A stretch of DNA of 64,000 nucleotides. Source: Macrostomum hystrix (taxonomy: Eukaryota; Animalia; Platyhelminthes). Positions 60,901 through 64,000 of the stretch are shown here, in pieces. Positions within the stretch are counted from its first letter, which is position 1, and each line of letters begins with the position of its first letter. The notes under the pieces are model-generated. The model did no database searches. It saw only the letters and a list, made by a program, of their open reading frames with translations, and was not told where the DNA came from. The stretch lies in the NCBI GenBank assembly GCA_950097015.1, contig CATNEN010000038.1, positions 7,006,001 through 7,070,000 on the forward strand, written 5' to 3'. Both the position numbers and the translations under genes were made by a program.

Positions 60901-63665
60901 TTCCAGCAGTGGTCGGTCCTTCAGTGCCTCCGGTGCCTGCAGTTCCAGCAGTGGTTGGTCCCGCAGTGCCTGCAGCTCCAGCAGTGGTTGGTCCCGCAGT
61001 GCCTGCAGCTCCAGCAGTGGTTGGTCCTACGGTGCCTACAGTGCCTGCAGTTCCAGCTGTTTTTGGTCCGGCAGTGCCTACAGTTGCAGCAGTTGTTGGT
61101 CCTGTAGTGCCTGCAGTTCCAGCAGTGGTTGGTCCTGCGGTGCCTACAGTTCCAGCAGTGGTTGGTCCGGCTGTGCCTCCAGTGCCTACAGTTCCAGCAG
61201 TGGTTGGTCCTGCAGTGCCTCCAGTGCCCTCAGTGGTTGGTCCTACAGTGCCTGTCGTTCCAACAGTGGTTGGTCCGGCTGTGCCTCCAGTGCCTACAGT
61301 TCCAGCAGTGGTTGGTCCTGCAGTGCCTCCAGTGCCCGCAGTGGTTGGTCCTACAGTGCCTCCAGTGCCCGAAGTTCCAGCACTGGTTGGTCCTGCAGTG
61401 CTTACAGTTCCAGCAGTGGTCGGTCCTTCAGTGCCTCCGATGCCTGCAGTTCCAACAGTGGTTGGTCCCGCAGTGCCTACAGTTGCAGCAGTTGTTGGTC
61501 CTGTAGTGCCTGCAGTTCCAGCAGTGGTTGGTCCTGCGGTGCCTACAGTTCCAGCAGTGGTTGGTCCGGCTGTGCCTCCAGTGCCTACAGTTCCAGCAGT
61601 GGTTGGTCCTGCAGTGCCTCCAGTGCCCGCAGTGGTTGGTCCTGCAGTGCCTCCAGTGCCCACAGTTCCAGCTGTGGTTGGCTCGGCTGTGCCTACAGTT
61701 CCAGCAGTGGTTGGTCCTGCAGTGCCTGCAGTTCCAGCAGTGGTTGGTCCTGCAGTGCCTGCAGTTCCAGATGTTGTTGGTCCGGCAGTACCTGCAGTTC
61801 CAGCAGTGGTTGGTCCGGCTGTGCCTCCAGTGCCCTCAGTGGTTGGTCCTACAGTGCCTGCCGTTCCCGCAGTGGTTGGTCCTGCTGTGTCTCCAGTGCC
61901 CACAGTTCCAGCTGTGGTTGGTCCGGCAGTGCCGGAAGTTCCAGCAGTGGTTGGTCCTACAGTACCTCCAGTGCCCGCAGTTCCAGCAGTGGTTGGCCCG
62001 GCTGTGCCTGCAGTTCCAGCAGTGGTCGGTCCTTCAGTGCCTCCGGTGCCTGCAGTTCCAGCAGTGGTTGGTCCAGCAGTGCCTGCAGTTCCAGCAGTGG
62101 TTGGTCCTACAGTGCCTACAGTGCCTGCAGTTCCAGCTGTTGTTGGTCCGGCAGTACCTGCAGTTCTAGCAGTGGTTGGTCCTGCAGTGCCTGCAGTTCC
62201 AGCAGTGTTTGGTCCTGCAGTGCCTTCGGTGGCCGCAGTTCCAGAAGTGGTTGGTCCTGGAGGGCCTCCAGTGCCCGCAGTTACAGCAGTGGTTGGTCCT
62301 ACAGTGGTTCCAGTGCCCGCAGTGGTTGGTCCTACAGTGTCTCCAGTGCCCGAAGTTCCAGCAGTGCTTGGTCCTGCAGTGCTTTCAGTTCCAGCAGTGG
62401 TTGGTCCTGCAGTGCCTCCAGTGCCCGCAGTTCCAGCAGTGGTTGGCCCGGCTGTGCCTCCAGTGCCTCCAGTTTCAGCTGTGCTTGGTCCTACAGTGCC
62501 TGCAGTGCCTACAGTTCCAGCAGTGGTTGGTCCAGTAGTGCCTCCAGTGCCTGCAGTTCTAGCAGTGGTTGGTCCAGCTGTGCCTCCAGTGCCCGCAGTT
62601 CCAACAGTGGTTGGTCCTGCAGTGCCTCCAGTGCCCGCAGTTCCAGCTGTGGTTGGCCCGGCAGTGCCTACAGTTCCAGCAGTGGTTGGTCCTACAGTGC
62701 CTCCAGTGCCCGCAGTTCCAACAGTGGTTGGTCCTGCAGTGCCTCCAGTGCCCGCAGTGGTTGGTCCTACAGTGTCTCCAGTGCCCGAAGTTCCAGCTGT
62801 GGTTGGTCCAGCAGTGCCTCCAGTGCCTGCAGTTCCAGCAGTGGTTGGTCCTGCAGTGCCTCCAGTGCCCGAAGTTCCAGCAGTAGTTGGTCCTGCAGTG
62901 CCCGCAGTTCCAGCAGTGGTTGGCCCAGCTGTGCCTGCAGTTCCAGCAGTGGTTGGTCCTGCAGTGCTTACAGTTCCAGCAGTGGTTCGTCCTGGAGTGC
63001 CTCCAGTGCCCGCAGTTCCAGCTGTGGTTGGTCCAGCAGTGCCTCCAGTGCCTGCAGTTCCAACTGTGGTTGGTCCGGCAGTACCTACAGTTCCAGCAGT
63101 GGTTGGTCCTGCAGTGCCTCCGGTGCCCGCAGTTCCAGCTGTGGTTTGTCCGGCAGTGCCTCCAGTACCTACAGTTCCAGCAGTGGTTGGTCCTGCAGTG
63201 CCTCCGGTGCCCGCAGTTCCAGCAGTGGTTGGTCCTGCAGTACCTGCAGTTCCACCAGTGGTTGGTTCAGCAGTGCCTCCAGTTCCAAGCGTTGTTGTGC
63301 GGGGTGGTGCTGTTGTCGTCAAATATTTGGATGTCGAGTTGGTGCAGAAGCAGGCCTTTGCGACTGTCGTCTGTGCTTGGGTTTCTGCAGGTAGAAGGTT
63401 TCCTTGTAAGCTGTATTAGATCCTTCTTTATATCAAAAACATATTTTTGTAATGATCTCATTTTTGTGATTGATGATATCAGTAAAGCAGCTTTTTATCA
63501 CATTGATTACGAGATAAATAAGACTAATGATTTAGGTACCTGTCTATCCTAGAATTCTTGCAGTTCTTATACTGAAGTATTGTTCTGACCCAGCAATTTC
63601 TCACCTGTACTGTGTGCCAGCATGAGCAGCACCATGCAGGCAACTGAACGAGTCGCTGCAGCCAT
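54970..63665 (-). CDS. Large type-I membrane mucin with a SEA-like domain; exons 63665-63605, 63384-59503, 59414-58026, 57936-57731, 56886-56005, 55890-55685, 55084-54970
   Basis: Signal MAAATRSVACMVLLMLAHST; about 1270 aa of GTAGPTTA-type repeats; about 430 aa of 25-aa PTS repeats; Cys-containing region; furin-like RRRR/RSRR; SEA-like FNTSLGDSNTSDYLSLA; TM helix AIALICVLGVLIIAAALGTVWWY; cytoplasmic tail. Junctions are phase-compatible. Confidence 0.88.
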
Positions 63666-64000
63666 GGTTACGAGGCGTGCAATCAGCGACTGGTCAGTTG
63701 GTTCACTTTTGAGTATCCTTATTGCGTGCCAGAGCTGTCTAGTGAGAAAACTCTTCAATGTCGCTCACCGGCCTTCTTCAAACTCTGCTTAGCGCCATCG
63801 CTCCAGTGCGTGGCTTTGTGCTTTTTTGTCATGCCCGCGGCGTGCTGGCGGTTGGTTGGCTATGAGATGTAAAACACGGGGCAGCGGAGAAGAGAAAAAA
63901 GAACAATTAGCGCGCAAAAAAGAAATCAGTCTCCGCCAAGTATTAGGCTACTCTCTCTCTGGCCCCTGCGCCGGCAGTGCCCAAGAATGACTGTGAAGCC

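Noticed and set aside
58109-63419. Plus-strand ORFs of 455 and 1301 aa
   Set aside because: Antisense shadows of the mucin repeat codons; the signal peptide, splice sites and TM helix are all on the minus strand.
1-64000. Spliced-leader RNA, snRNA or rRNA genes
   Set aside because: None recognised by eye; an Infernal/Rfam scan would be needed to exclude them.

Overview
Eukaryotic (metazoan) genomic DNA with GC-rich spliced genes, AT-rich intergenic DNA and about 25 unrelated minisatellite arrays covering roughly a fifth of the window. This style suggests the flatworm Macrostomum, but that is inference only. Gene models were built by hand from GT/AG junctions with phase checks. Left to right: (1) first coding exon of a low-complexity protein (-, continues off the window); (2) a 19-exon plexin (-, 7392-24312), with 14 of 18 introns carrying a private minisatellite; (3) a 2-exon gene fusing an hnRNP C/RALY-type RRM to BCL11-type C2HC and C2H2 zinc fingers (-, 27797-29313); (4) a secreted PAN/Apple plus ALK/LTK-like glycine-rich protein (-, 37163-40883); (5) a co-oriented, operon-like cluster of RPL17, an orphan gene and a deoxynucleoside kinase (+, 47373-51388); (6) a large membrane mucin with a SEA-like domain (-, 54970-63665). 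Mobile DNA: two tRNA-headed SINE families (two copies each), three LINE fragments, a hAT-like transposase relic and two MITEs with target-site duplications (TSDs). The most interesting observations are the RRM-BCL11 finger fusion, a 26-copy array of the RPL17 splice acceptor/start region, intron minisatellites built from splice signals, and tandem duplications at the 5' junction of the retroposon insertions.
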